64,000 bases of DNA from Squalus acanthias (Eukaryota). The position numbers were made by a program, and so were the translations under genes. Each line of letters starts with the position of its first letter. Position 1 is the stretch's first letter. The DNA is taken from assembly GCA_030390025.1 (NCBI GenBank), contig CM059431.1, positions 141,980,001 through 142,044,000 on the forward strand, written 5' to 3'. The notes under the pieces are model-generated. The model ran no database searches, had not been told where the DNA came from, and saw nothing but the letters and a program-made list of their open reading frames with translations. Positions 37,666 to 50,945 of the stretch are shown one piece after another.

Positions 37666-38407
37666 GGCCCAAAAATTAGTGCCGCTACGCGGGAGTACGC
37701 ACTGCGTACTCTCGCGTATTCTGTCGCCAATTGACGGTTTTCTGCATGCACTGCGCATGCGCTGAAAACCGGCACTTGGTTAATGGAAAAGGGGGTTGGT
37801 GCTAGGTGAACCGCGTGCGCGTTACAGGCTGCGCGCACGCTGTGCACTTCGTGGTTTCAACGCGCAGGTAAGTACGGAAGATTCTACACATAAAAAAAGG
37901 AGGAGTAAGACCCACTTTTAACAAGGTAAGTAGTGAATTAAGTATTATTTTGAATTTTTTTTAACAGGTATATCTTTTTTAGAGACTTTAAAGACAGGTA
38001 AGTTTATTTTTATAACTTTTTAAAAGATTTTAAATTTTTTCAAAAATTTTATGTTTTATTTAAAGTGGTTAATTTATTTAACTATACTTATTTTATTAAT
38101 GTGATGGTTTTTTTTTTATTTAATTGAGGTTTAGCGGTTCTTTTGGAGGGCTATTGTATTCACAACTTTCACAGCACTTATGTGAAAGTTATGAATGGAA
38201 GATGGTGTGCTGCCATTGGCTCTAACTGAGTCACGTGATCCCACATCTCGCACGAATTAACTGCGCCGGTGGGATACGCAAGCCCAGCACAGCAGCTGTC
38301 CAGAACATCAAGTTCGTGCGAGCTGGAACTGAAAAAGCCAACGCGGAGTGAGAGATCGCGGGGAGGCCTTACCCTCGCACGAAGGCTCCCTCACGAATTT
38401 TTGGGCC
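37666..38407. mobile_element. Non-autonomous DNA transposon (MITE, probably PIF/Harbinger)
   Basis: 16-bp TIRs GGCCCAAAAATTAGTG / CACGAATTTTTGGGCC (1 mismatch), AAT on both flanks, absent from the paralogous site ~4813. Confidence 0.9.
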
Positions 38408-41400
38408 AATTATTTATAACTGTCGCTTTGTAATATTAAAGCACCTGGGCACGCGATACTTTCAAATTAAATATTCTTCCTCTCACTGATATTTTGAAAC
38501 CACATAAGAAAACTTGGTCCCCTATTTGCACCTGTTAAGTAAAATTAAAGATATTTATTAATCGATACACGGATGGTTAGGACATCGTTTTAAGAATATG
38601 TGTCGATAACCACAATTCACAAATTTAAGATAATGGGCAAAAAAAGGGTAGGGGGATGTAGAGATTGTTTTTATACAGCGAGTTGTTGTGATCTGGAATG
38701 CACTGCCTGAATGGGCGGAGGAAGCAGATTCAATATTAACTTTCAAACGAAAATTGTATATATATACGCTTTGAAAATAATACTGGGCAGGGGAGTGGGA
38801 CTAATTGCGTTGCTCTATGAAAAAGATGCACAGGCACGATGGGCCGAATGATCTCCTCCTGTGCTGTAAGAATCTGCGACAGTATTCTATGATTCTAATA
38901 CACAGAAACCGCCACAGATTTTTATGAAGAGTTCTGCACTTAATGCAGACATATATTAATTTTTGCATAACATTAGGCTCCGAGTACAAATAATTAAGGC
39001 GCCCCTTTGACATTCACATCTCTTTCGCCTCTCCATCACTTTCATGCTCTCCTTCCCGTCCCGACGACCTTTTTCACGCCCACACTCAGACATTCTCAGT
39101 AACTCACCCAGTTCGTCAATTGAAAAGACTGAAGCAACCCTCGATCCCGTCCGAGCGGCTCCCGTCCCCAGTCAAGACTCTGGCGCTGGGGGATTGGTCC
39201 GGTCACTGTGCCTTGCTCTCCGCTCCCCAGGCTCTGAGTGGAGCCCGCCAGGAAGTGTCAGCGCGCATGTGCGCCTGGATCTCGCTATCCTACTCAAATG
39301 TTGCTCAAATATGAAATTCGAGTGCAGTATCATCCGACTGCTAGTGTGTTCTTTACATTTCCCAATAGCTGATTCATGTCGTTTTGATGCGAGTTGAGAT
39401 TTCAAAGCTTTGATTTACAACCCCACCCCCTCTGATTTGAATCGTAGACTCATACAGCACAGAGGAAGCCATTCGGCCCATCGTGTCTGTGCCCTGCTCT
39501 TTGAAAGAGCTCTCCAACTCGTCCAACACGCCAGCTTGTTCCCCATCGCACTGCAATTTCAATTATATATCCAATTCCCTGTTGAAATTTAATAAGGAAT
39601 CTGCTTGCAACGTCCATTCATGTAATGTATTCCAGAACATATTCTCTGGTTGCCGACCCTCCTGCCAGTTGAAACAATTTCTCTTTTACTGTATGGAAAC
39701 CCCTCAGAATTTTTAACAACTCAATTAAATCTCCCCAAAACCTTCTCTTCTCTAAGGAGAATAATCCCATCTTCTGTAGCGTCTCCACATAACTGAAGTC
39801 CCTCATCCCTATTACCATTCTAATAAATTTGCTCTGAACCCTTTCCAAGGCATTGACATCCTTCCTGAAGCGTGGTACCAGAACTGAGGCCTAACCGGTG
39901 ATTTATTAAGGTTTAGCATAAATTATTTGCTTTTGTATTATATGCCTCTAATATTATCATCTTATCATTTCACTTTCAAAGATGTGTGTATGTTAAATCC
40001 TAGGTCTCTCTTTTCCTGCTCCCGCATTAAAATAGAGCCATTTAGTTGATATGATCTGGAATGCACTGCATAAAAATGGTGCCATCCGATTTCACGGGTG
40101 CACCATCCTCAGGAGCCACCCTCAGTAGGATACTCTCCCTGGGTGACCTTGTAGAGTGTGTATTGATCCCTATTAATTGGTTGGAACAATCACAGCTGAA
40201 AAGACCCTGTCATTATCCTGAAACCACACAGGTGCACTTCCCTGCAGCGTCGCTGGGCACTTTTACTGAGCGGGAACACTGGGTAATGTTACTTCCAAAT
40301 TGAGACATACTGAGTGTAATTGTCAGTGTCCCACTGCATCCGAGACTGAGCCCCACCCTGTGCCCTTCCTGTCTGTGTATTTCCCCAGTGCCCCATTGGG
40401 GAACATTCAGCACCGGGTATCCTGCAGAACCAGCGCCGTGGGGCCGGGCGGCTGAGTCTCGTGATCCTGTTGCAGGTCTCTGACGTCACACTGAGATTTT
40501 ACCCAGAATGCACCGGAACTGACTCGTCGATGACGTCACAATAGTTCTTGTCTCGCCGACAATGTGTGTTGACACGTCACACACTAGACCCGTCCAGCCA
40601 ATTCTCCACTTCTCTTTTACCGTGACATTTGCAGCATCCTCTTATTTAGTGAAATCAGATGAAAATTCTTATTTATAACTCAACCATGTCGTCTAGCTCT
40701 ACAAGAAGTTTGCATTCCTTTGACGATCATTTAAATCTTCATATTAATTTAACAGACTTTTGTGTTCTTTTTTATGTTACCCACTAATCTTTTATCATAA
40801 ACTCTCTTTTCGCCTTTTATTTTCCTTTAAAGTTTTCCTCTGCACTTTCTGTATTCTGTTTGAATCTCTATGGTATCAAGAGCCTCATATTTATCCAATG
40901 TCTCATTTTAGTCTTAATGCCTTCAGTCATCCAGGAAGCTCTAGCATTGGATACCCTTCTTTCCCACCTTAGTCGGAGCCTGAACTATCTCCTGCTTGTA
41001 CTCCACCCATTGCCCATTACTGTATTACCTGGTAATCCTTGTTTCCAATCCACCTGGGCAAGTTCCGCTTTCAACTCACTGAAATTAGCCCTCTTCCAGA
41101 TGAGTGTCTTCAACTTTGATTGTTGTTTTTTGCATTCCATGGCTACTCTAGCCTAATGATATTGTGATAATTCTTTCCCAGGAGTTCTCCCGAAGAAACA
41201 TTCTGCACTTGCCGCATTTCATTCCCCAGAACTTGATCCAGCCCTGTTTCCTTCCCTGTTGGGCTGGAATCATGCTGATTATGACCTGTAGTCATTTTGA
41301 GAATTTCTTCCTCTCCTTGCCCTTTACAAGATTTTTGTCTCAGTCAGATCTGAGAATCACAGGGACAAAGAAGGGAAGATGTGCAATGATATGTCTGCCT

Positions 41401-41679
41401 CGGTTGTAATTTGAACCAAAGAATGGCGATTCACATAGAATTGCTCAACAGGAACCAAATATATACACACAGATTGTCACAAGAACTGCGACAATAAGAA
41501 ATAGAGCGGCTGGACAAGTAACGAGCTGCTCTGGAAAACTTGCTGGAAATATTCATAATTAACGCAGGAATGAAAGGAGGTGGTAAACACACACTTCGGT
41601 TTACACTATCTATGAATTAATGCTTGGCTACCGCAACCCTTCCGTGCAAGATCAGAAAATCAGAATATGACATACAACA

Positions 41680-42763
41680 TATCACACCCCAGATGTCACA
41701 CTCCAGATGCCACACAAATGTCACTCAGCTGATTTCAAACTCCAGAAGTCACAAACATGATTTCACAATCCTGATGTCATATGCAACATGTCACACTAAT
41801 GAGGTGACACTCCGGATCTCGCACTCCATGTGTCACACTCCAAATGTCACACTCCAGATGTCACACTGCAGAAGTCACACTCTTGAATTTACATTCCTGA
41901 TGTCAAACTCCAGATGTCAAACTCCAGATGTCACACTCCTGATGTCAGAATCCTGATGTCACACTCCAGATCTCATACACCAGATGGCACACTCTGGATG
42001 TCACTATAAAGATTTCACACACCATATGGCACACTGCAGAAGTCACACTCCAGATGTCACACACCTGATGTCACACTCCAGCTCTGACACACCAGATGCC
42101 ACACTCTGGATGTCACAATCCAAATTTCATGCTCCTTTCGGCATGCTGCAGCTGTCACACTCCAGTTGTAACACGCCAGATGGAACACTGCAGATGTCAC
42201 ACTACTGTTGTCAATCTCCAGATGTCACACACATAATGTAACAATTCTTATCTCGCAATCCAGGTTTCTCACTTACATATGTCACACTCATGATGTCGCA
42301 CAGCTGATGTAGCACTCCAGATGTCACACTCGAGATATCAAACTCCATATTTAACACTCGTGATGTCACACTCGTGATGTCACACTCCAGCTGTCACACT
42401 CCTCCTGTCACAATCCTGATGTTGTACTTCAGATATTTGACTCCAGATGTCATTCGCAACATGTCACGTTCCAGAAGGTACATACCTGATGTCACAATCC
42501 AGATGTCACACTCCAGCTGTCAGACCACTGATGTCACACTCCAGACGTGGCAATGCCGATGTCACGTTCCAGATGGTGCACTGAAGATGTCACATTCCAG
42601 ATCTCACACTGCTGATGTCACACAGCAGATGTCACACACCAGCTCTCACACTCCAGATGTCACACTCCTGATTCCACATCCAGCTGTCAGACCTCTGATG
42701 TCACACTCCAGATATCACACTCCTGATTTCACAATCCTGATGTCAAACTCCTGATCTCACACA
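41680..42763 (+). repeat. 14-bp satellite block 4
   Basis: Same TGTCACACTCCAGA unit. Confidence 0.95.
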
Positions 42764-43999
42764 TGTAGGCTTCGCAAAATCCCCCAGAAACTCGAACAGA
42801 GCCCTAAAGGGAGTGATTTGTAGACCTTTCATACAAACTTGGGATAATGGGACCTAATTTAAGTCATTTGATGTAAAAACCTAATGATCAGGGAAGAGAA
42901 ACCTGAGGAAACTGACTTTTGAATCTTACTGTTGGGAGAGACACCGTTCACAGACACAAGACAAGCTGCGAGGGGCGTGGCCAGGCAGTGAACAGATCAA
43001 GCTGTCTTGGAATTGTTTACACTGCAAATCCTACCAAGGTGCACGAGACAAAGCAAAAACTCACAAACACATTCAAATATGAATCCCCAGGTGCAAACAG
43101 GATGCTGGAAATCTAAAAACGATTCCTGACAATAAAACTTCCAGCACACAGCTTTCATAAGCCATTATCCCATAAAAAAACCATCAGCCAAAGTCTCGAC
43201 CAGAGCAGTTAAGAAAGCCCGCCAAAAGACCTAGGACAATAGGGTGGAGATTTGGTGCGTAGATAAGGCTGTGTTTATATCGGAAACGATCAAGACATGT
43301 TTAACACTGAGCAAAAGCCATCGGAACTGGCAAGCCCGCGAAAACTAGACAATTGGATAAGCAAGTTTCATTTGCAACCTAAAGGAATCCGTTTTAGGAA
43401 GGGTTTTTTTGGGCGCGAAAAAGAAACAGTATAATTGAAAGTGTGTGCCATAATTTCTCTCTCTTTCGGACTGGCTGACCACGCGGACACAGCTCTCTTC
43501 CTGCTCCAGCAAAACCTACCACAAGCCACGAGGAAGAAGGCCAGAAAACAGACCAGCACGCAAGAAGAAACCAGAGCGACTTCCTCAGTGACCATCGGAC
43601 ACCTCGCAGCAACAAGGGCCTTGCAGAGTCTTTTAAACAAAAGACTCTAAAATCCTGTCAAGGATTCGTTGGTGAGCGTTAACCCTGCTCTCCTGAAACC
43701 AAAAACCTAGCTAGATAGTGGGATCTTTGGGAGGGTAAGGTTTTGTTTGATATATTGTCATTGTCCCTCGCTTGTACCGTGTGCTCCCCAATCTGTGTTT
43801 AAGTAATAAGTGTGTTTCAATTTGTTACCTTTTTCTTTTAATAAAATAACATTCTTTAATCAGAACCTGTCGTCTACTGCAATTTTGTTCACAACCCCTA
43901 AATATGTCCAAAGTCTAGGAACCAGAGTGGTGTGGGAGCGATTCGAACCGCTCACTGTGTCAGAAAGCGAAGGCTGACCCCATTAAGGTACCCCTTACA
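42764..43999 (+). mobile_element. Probable solo LTR
   Basis: TGTAGG...CCTTACA termini, AATAAA at 43840, abrupt interruption of flanking repeats; no matching TSD. Confidence 0.55.
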
Positions 44000-44340
44000 A
44001 CGTATACACGAGTTTCATCAATAGTTCATCATTGATATATTTCTTAGCTTTCGTCAATGTGTCATAACTACTTCTGATAGGCACCAACTCCAGCTTTTGA
44101 CCTCATGCACATTTTCAGTATTTCCATCTGATGGGGCAAATCTCTCCTTAACCGGGACATATTGATTAACGAGATTCTAATGATCAAATCGATGGAATGC
44201 GGTTAGGAAGTGCATTGACCACCGGGTTGTAACTCATCAGGGAGTCCTGTGGTTGAGCAGTTTCAACCCCACCATTCTCATGGGATCAGAAGGCCTTTTC
44301 CAATTCAACTGTTGAGATAATTAAAATCCTGTTTGGACAG
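44000..44340 (-). repeat. Unidentified repeated element X (copies 48905-49340, 54629-55064, 57900-58280)
   Basis: Shared CAGTATTTCCATCTGATG and GGAATGCGGTTAGGAAG; stops in all minus frames. Confidence 0.8.
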
Positions 44341-44779
44341 TTTAGAAGTTTATGCTGATAGGCTTAGATCAAGAGGGATGGGAGGAGGCTTCTGTGGAGC
44401 ATGAGCACCGGTATGCACCAGTGAGTTGAAATGGTCTGATATGTGCTGCACATTCAATGTTACTCTTTCTCGCTTCCATATTGTTAATAGGAATTTAATT
44501 GTTAAAATTAGTTTCCAAGTTAACTGTCAGCTTTTGCACAAGTACAGGATTGTGGCATTTCGATTGGAGGTACTCCAGCTGATGAATATAAGATCAGTTC
44601 ACAATTGGAGAGGAGCAAAGCTCTTTATGCTGATTGCTGACTCGGCAGCTGAGTAGCTTCTATTTCCAATAACTACCTGATCCCTTGAGGTAGACACCAC
44701 GCCTGCCTGTTAAATGAGGAATTAGCGATCGTGTCTCTCCTGGCTTCAGGTGGACACCGGGTAGTCGTTCAAGCTTTTA

Positions 44780-45310
44780 GGAACATAGGACAGGAAGAGG
44801 ACATTCAGACCCTCGATACTGTTACATAGAAACAGGAAGAGGACATTCTGCACCTCGAGCCTGTTACATAGGCAGAGAAATAGGCTATGCAGACCCTCAA
44901 TCCTGTTACCTAGGAACCGGAGAATAAATGTCTTCCCCCACCCACCGCTGGCCCGCCGGAGCCTGCTAAATAGCAACAGGAGGAGGCCATTCACCCCCTC
45001 GAGCCTTTATATTGGAACAGGAGGAGGCCATTCACCACCTCACGTCTGTTACATAGGAAACGGAGGAGGCCATTTAACCCCACGGGACATTTAATTAGGA
45101 AAATCATGATGCCATTCAGTTGCTCGAGCCTACACATAGGACCAAGGGGATGCCGTTCAACCCCTGTTCCTATTACGTCTTCACAGGACGATGCGATTCC
45201 GCCCCCTAGAACCTACTGCACCATTGAATTAGAAAATGGCTGATCTATACTTCAATTGTATTATTCAGCCTTTACTCTAAATCTCTCAAAAAATTATCCG
45301 TCAAAAATGT
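44780..45310 (-). repeat. Degenerate 42-bp minisatellite continuing into CR1 3' UTR
   Basis: GTTACATAGGAACAGGAGGAGGCCATTC units, then CCATTGAATT..ATGGCTGATC. Confidence 0.8.
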
Positions 45311-45719
45311 ATCGATCCCAATACTCAACTGTTCTCTATTAATATCCTTGACACTCTTCATCACAGTGGCATTACTGTGTATCCTGAAATTCAGCTCATA
45401 ATCTTATACTCACTCTCAGTATTTCCACTTTAGGCTGCAATTCCCTGTCAAATTTGGCAGTCACTTTGGGATCTATTATATAAGGGAAGACTAATCATTT
45501 ATTTCCGATCATGAACCACAGGGAAGACATAAAACAGTTTGCAAGTGAACTCAAATCTTGAATTGGATAAGGCCATCTTGGCCCAATGAAGATGGTGGGA
45601 TTCGATTTGTCTCCGTGATTGAGTTCGCCAGTGGTCAGAGAAAGACATAAAGAAAGAACCCTCGTCTATGTCATGATTGGCGATGTCAGGACGCCCCAAA
45701 GCGCTTCTCAACTAATTCA

Positions 45720-47105
45720 GTGTGGTCAATATTATGGTGGTAAGAACAATAATGGAATCCCTACTAAAGGAGAAAATGGAAGAACATCTAGTAACCAAAA
45801 ACATTCTAATGAATAGTCAGCATGGATTTCAAAAGGGAAATCTTGCTTGACCAAACTCTTTGAATTTTTCGAAGAGGTAACCGAGAGCATAGACCATGGT
45901 ACTGCAGTAGATGTACTTTATCTAGATTTTCAAAAGGCCTTCGATAAGATACCCCATAATAGACTGATGAAGAAAGGTCAGAGAATACGGAGTCAGGGGA
46001 CAAGTAGCGGAATTGATAGTTAGCTGGCTTCAAGACAGAAAGCAGAGAGCAGGGGTAAAGGGTAGCTATTCACAGTGGCAGAAGGTGGGTAGTGGTGCTC
46101 CACAAGGATCAGTGCTGGGACCACTGCTGTTCACAATTTATATTAACGATTAGACTTTGGATTCAAATAGACAATTTCTGAATTTGCAGATGACACCAAA
46201 TTGGGGGTCATAGTCAATACTGTGGAGGACTGCAACAAATCACAAGAGGACATTAATAAACTTGCAGAATGGACATGTAATTTACAAATGAAGTTCAACA
46301 CAGATAATGTGAGGTATTGCATTTTGTTCGGAAGAATAGGGAGGTCAATTATTACTTGGATGGTGCGAGTCAAGTTGGGGTAGAGGAACAAAGGGATCTC
46401 GGTGTACAAATTAACAAATCACTAAAAGTTGCGACACAGGTTAGCAAGGCCATACAACTAAAAAAAAGCACTAGGGTTTAACGGTGTAGAATTGAAAAGT
46501 AGGCAAGTTATGCTAAACCTGTATCGAACGTTCTTTAGTCCACACTTAGAGTGCGTAAAGTTATGGTCGCCATATTATAAAAAGGCTATAGAAGCACTGG
46601 ATAGGGTGCAGAAAAGATGTACAAGGATGATACCAGAAATGCAAGGAAATACATTTCAGGAAAGGATGAACAGGCTGGGACCCTTTTCTCTTGAAAAAAA
46701 TAAAGCTGAGGGGCAAGCTAATAGATGTCTTTAAAATTATGGAAGGTTTTGGAAGAGTGGGTATAGATAGAATGTTTCCATTTGTCGGGTGGAGCATAAC
46801 TAGAGGCGATCAATATTAGATAGTCACAAATAAATCCAGTAGGGAATTCAGAAGAAACTTCTTTACCCAAAGAGTGGTGAGAATCTGGAATTCGCTAACA
46901 CAGGGAGTGGTTGAAGCGAATAGTATAGATGCATTTAAGAGGAGGCTAGGCAAGCATATGAGGGAGATGGGAATAGAGCGTTATGCTGATAGATTTAGAT
47001 GAGTAAAGACAGGAGGAGGCACGAGTGAAGCATTAATGCCAGTTTGGACTGGTTGGGCCGAATGGACTGTTTCTGTGCCATATATCCTATGTAATCCTAT
47101 GTAAT
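45720..47105 (+). mobile_element. CR1 5'-truncated (paralog 51450-52840)
   Basis: QHGFQKGKSCLTN, LDFQKAFD, FADDTK; ATCCTATGTA tail. Confidence 0.92.
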
Positions 47106-47890
47106 ATGTAATATGGGAAACACGGCAGCCAGTTTGCGCACAGCAAGCTCCCACAATTAGCAATAAACCGTCAATCTGTTTTTTTACTGATGCTGGTTAA
47201 GGGATAAATACGTACCCGAACACCGGGGCGAACTCCTCTGCTCTTCTTCCAATAGTGCCATGGATCATTTAGGTCCACCTAAGAGAAAGACAGGGTCTCG
47301 TTTTAACGTCTTATCCGAAAGACGGAATCGCTGACAGAACAAATCTCCCTCAGCACTGTCAACGGAAGTGTTGACCCAGAATATGTGCTCAACTCTGTGC
47401 AGTGGGATTTGAACCCACGATCTTCTGACTTAGAGGTCAAAGTGAGGTGAACGATGTCAAGCATAGGGGCACCTCTGAATCAGAAGGCATTGGGTTCAAG
47501 CCCCTCACCAGAGGCTTTTGCTCAAAATCGAGGCCAACACTCCCAGTGCAGTATTGAGGGAGTGCAGCACTATCTGTGGTGCTGTCTTTCAGAAGAGTCG
47601 TTAAAATGAGGGCCGCATCTGCCCTCTCAGGTGGACGAGAACGAGCCCATGTCACGATTTTCGATGCACAGCAGGCGAGTTCCCCCGGTGTTCGAGCCAA
47701 TATTGGTCCTTTACCATCATTACTGTAAAACAGATTACCCAATCGTTGGCGCATTGCTGTATTAGTAGCTTGCTGTCTGCAAATTTAACTGCCGTGTTTC
47801 CTACATTACAACAGTGACTGCAATTCAAAAATGCTTAATTTTCTGTAAAGTGCTTTATGACGATCTGAGATTGTGAAAGTCGCTATATAG
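47106..47890. mobile_element. Head-to-head pair of SacSINE1-like SINEs (47106-47435 minus, 47470-47890 plus; paralog 52841-53620)
   Basis: Deu-domain sequence in both orientations. Confidence 0.75.
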
Positions 47891-48902
47891 AATCGTAAAA
47901 TAGTACTGCAGAGAAGGAGGCCATTCGACCCATCGCGTCTGCGCTTGCTCTTTCAAAGAGCAAAACAGTCAGTCCCATTCCCCCACCCTTTCCCCATTTC
48001 CCTGCATTTTGTCTTTTTCAAGTATTTATCTAATTCCCTTTAAAGGTTACTATTGAATCTGTATCCATCACCCTATCAGACATTACATTCCCAATTCTAA
48101 CCACCCGCTGTGTAAAAAAGTTTTCCCTCATGTGGCCTCTGGTTCTTTTGCCAATCAGCGTAAATCCTTGCCCTCTCGTTATCCACCATTCAGTCATTGG
48201 AAACAATTTCGCTTTATTCACTGTATATAAATCCTTCATGATTTTAAACATCTCCATCAATTCTCCTCTTAGCCTTCTCTGCTTGAAGGAGAACAACCCC
48301 AGCTTCTCTAGTCTATACCGATAACTGTAATCCCTCATCACTGGAACCATTCTAGTAAAGCTCTTCTGTACTCTGTCCGAAGTCTTCACGGCCTTCCTAA
48401 AGTGTGGTGTCCAGAATTGGAAACATTACTCCAGCTGGGGTGGAACTAGTGTTTTTACAAGTTTAGCATAACTTCCTGGCTTTGGCATTCAATGCCTCTA
48501 TTTATAAAGCCCAGGATCCCATATCCTTTATGAACTACTTTGCTAACTTGTCCAGCCAATGTCAAACATTTATTAAAAAACACCCCCGGTCTCTCTGTTC
48601 TTTCACCCTCTTAAAATTGTACCATTTAGCAGGCATGGTCCCTGCACATTCGTCGTACCAAAATGTATCACCTCACACTTCTCTGTGTTGAATTTCATTT
48701 CAGATGTGTCCATCATTCCACCGGCCTGTGACTTTTTGAAGTCGATTGCTATCTTCCTCACTGTTTACTGCACTTGTAAGTTACGTGTCAGCAGCAAATT
48801 TCGAAATGGTGCCCCGTACCCACAAGTTCAAGTCATTAATGTATATCACAAACAGCAGTGGTCCGAGTACTGAGCCCCGGGGTACGTCACTATGTACCTC
48901 CA
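47891..48902 (-). mobile_element. CR1 5'-truncated (paralog 53620-54626)
   Basis: VPRGSVLGP, LGLFSF, FFTQRVV. Confidence 0.92.
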
Positions 48903-49751
48903 TCTTTCTTTTCTTCTTATTTCAACATTTAATTGTTAGTCCACAATATCACCAAGAGTCTCCCACTGAAGTAATAGGCTATTGTCACGTCGCAGTTTCA
49001 ATTCCATCTAAACAGTTCACCAAGATGATTTTTCTGCAAAGCAAAGCAGAATCTGCACGTACACATGTGGTTTCACAACAGTTCCGCTTTGACATCTTTC
49101 ACAGCTTTCGTCAAATTGTCATAGCTAGTTACATTATTGCCCAAATTCAGTCTTTGGTCTCATGCACATTATCAGTATTTCCATCTGATGTGGCAATTCT
49201 CTTCGCAACCGGGAGATATTGATCAACAAGATTCTAATGAACATATAGATGGAATGCGGTTAGGAAGTTCATTGACCACCATGTGTCCCCTCATCAGGGA
49301 ACCCTGTGACTGAGCAGATACAAGCCCACCATTCTCCTTCAAGATGGGTGGGAGGAGGCTGATGTGGAGCTTGAACACCGCGTGCACCAGTTATGGAAAA
49401 TTTTCTGTTACTGTGCTGCACATTCAATGTTACCCTGTTTCTATTCCATACTGCTGATGATAGTATATTAATTGTCGAATGTGTTCCCAAGTTAACTGTT
49501 AAGTTTTGCAAAGAAGCAGAGAAATGTGGCATTTCGATTGGAGGTACCCCAGCTGATGAATATAAGATCAGTTTGCAATTGCAGAGGAGCATAGCTCTTT
49601 ATGGTAAATGGTGACCGGACATCTGAGTGGATTTTATTTCCAATAACTACCTCATCCGTTAAGCTGCTCAAAACCAAGGGCCTGTTAAAGAAAGAAAGAA
49701 CGATTGTATCTCTCCTGGATGCACGTGGACACAGCATACTCATTAAAAATG

Positions 49752-50945
49752 TTAGGAACACAGGCAAAGGAGGAGGCTATTCTGCACCTCGAGTCTGTTA
49801 TATAGGCACAGGAGGAGGCTATTCTGCTGCTCGATCCTGTTACATAGACACAGGAGGAGGCTATTCTGCTGCTCGATCCTGTTACATAGGGACAGGAGGA
49901 GGCCATTCTGCAGATCGAGTCTGTTACATAGGCACAGGAGGGGGCTATTCTGCCGCTTGATCCCGTTATATAGGCACAGGAGGGGTCTAATATGCAACTC
50001 GATTCTGTTACATAGGCACAGGAGGGGGCGATTCTGCAGCTCGATCCTGTTACCTGGCACAGGAGGAGGCTATTCTGCAGCTCGAGTCTTTTACAAAAGC
50101 ACAGGAAGAGGCTATTCTGCTCCTCGATCCCGTTACCTAGGCACAGGAGGAGGCAATTCTGCAGCTCGATCCTGTTACATAGGCACAGGAGGAGGCTATT
50201 ATGCAGCTCGAGTCTGTTGCATAGGCACAGGAGGAGGCTATTCAGCAGCTCGATCCTGTTACATAGGCACAGGAGCAGGCTATTCTGCCGCACGATCCCG
50301 TTGCATAGGCACAGGAGGAGGCTATTCAGCAGCTCGATCCTGTTACATAGGCACAGGAGGAGGCGATTCTGCAGCTCGAGTCTGTTGCCTAGACACAGGA
50401 GGACGCTATTATGCAGCTCGATCCTATTGCAAAGACACAGGAGGAGGCTATTCTGCAGTTCGATCCTGTTGCATAGGCACAGGAAGAGGCTATTCTGCAG
50501 CTCGATCCTGTTACATAGACACAGGAGGTGACTATTCTGCAGTTCGTTCCTGTTACATAGGCACATGAGGTGGCGATTCTGCACCTCGAGCCTGTTACAT
50601 AGGCAGAGAAATAGGCTGTGCAGACCCTCAATCCTGTTACCTAGGAACCGGAGAATACATTTGTTCCACCACATCCCGCCGGCACGCCGGAGCCTGCTAA
50701 ATAGCAACAGGAGGAAGTCATTCACCCACTCGAGCCTCTACATTGGAACAGGAGGAGGCCATTCACCCCCTCACGTCTGTTACATAGGAAACGGAGCAGG
50801 CCATTTAACCCCACGGGACATTTAATTAGCAGCATCATGATGCCATTCAGTTTCTCGAGCCTTTTACATAGGACCAGGAGGAAGCCGTTCAAATCCTGGA
50901 TACTATTACGTCGTCAAAGGATGATGCCATTCCGCCCCCTCGAAC
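49752..50945. repeat. 42-bp minisatellite (ATAGGCACAGGAGGAGGCTATTCTGCAGCTCGATCCTGTTAC)n
   Basis: About 20 regular units then degenerate ones. Confidence 0.95.

Larger units (their letters stand above)
32844..41480 (+). repeat. Segmental duplication copy 2
   Basis: Paralog of 1-7853 plus a MITE insertion. Confidence 0.97.
44850..49800 (+). repeat. ~5.73-kb tandem duplication copy A (copy B 50580-55520)
   Basis: Offsets of 5724-5737 between paralogous ORFs (48746/54470, 45499/51232, 46561/52298). Confidence 0.93.

Noticed and set aside
44100-44280. hAT transposase-like TRW motif in element X
   Set aside because: Three-residue match surrounded by stops; not conserved in all copies.
49269-49592. 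Ig I-set-like start PHFSASLQNLTVNLG
   Set aside because: Lacks the conserved Cys and runs into antisense CR1 tail sequence; likely chance.
49685-50725. 346-aa Leu/Cys-periodic ORF resembling an LRR protein (also 55476-56625, and Arg-rich or Gly-rich frames)
   Set aside because: Translation of the 42-bp minisatellite; open in several frames on both strands and derived from CR1 3' UTR.
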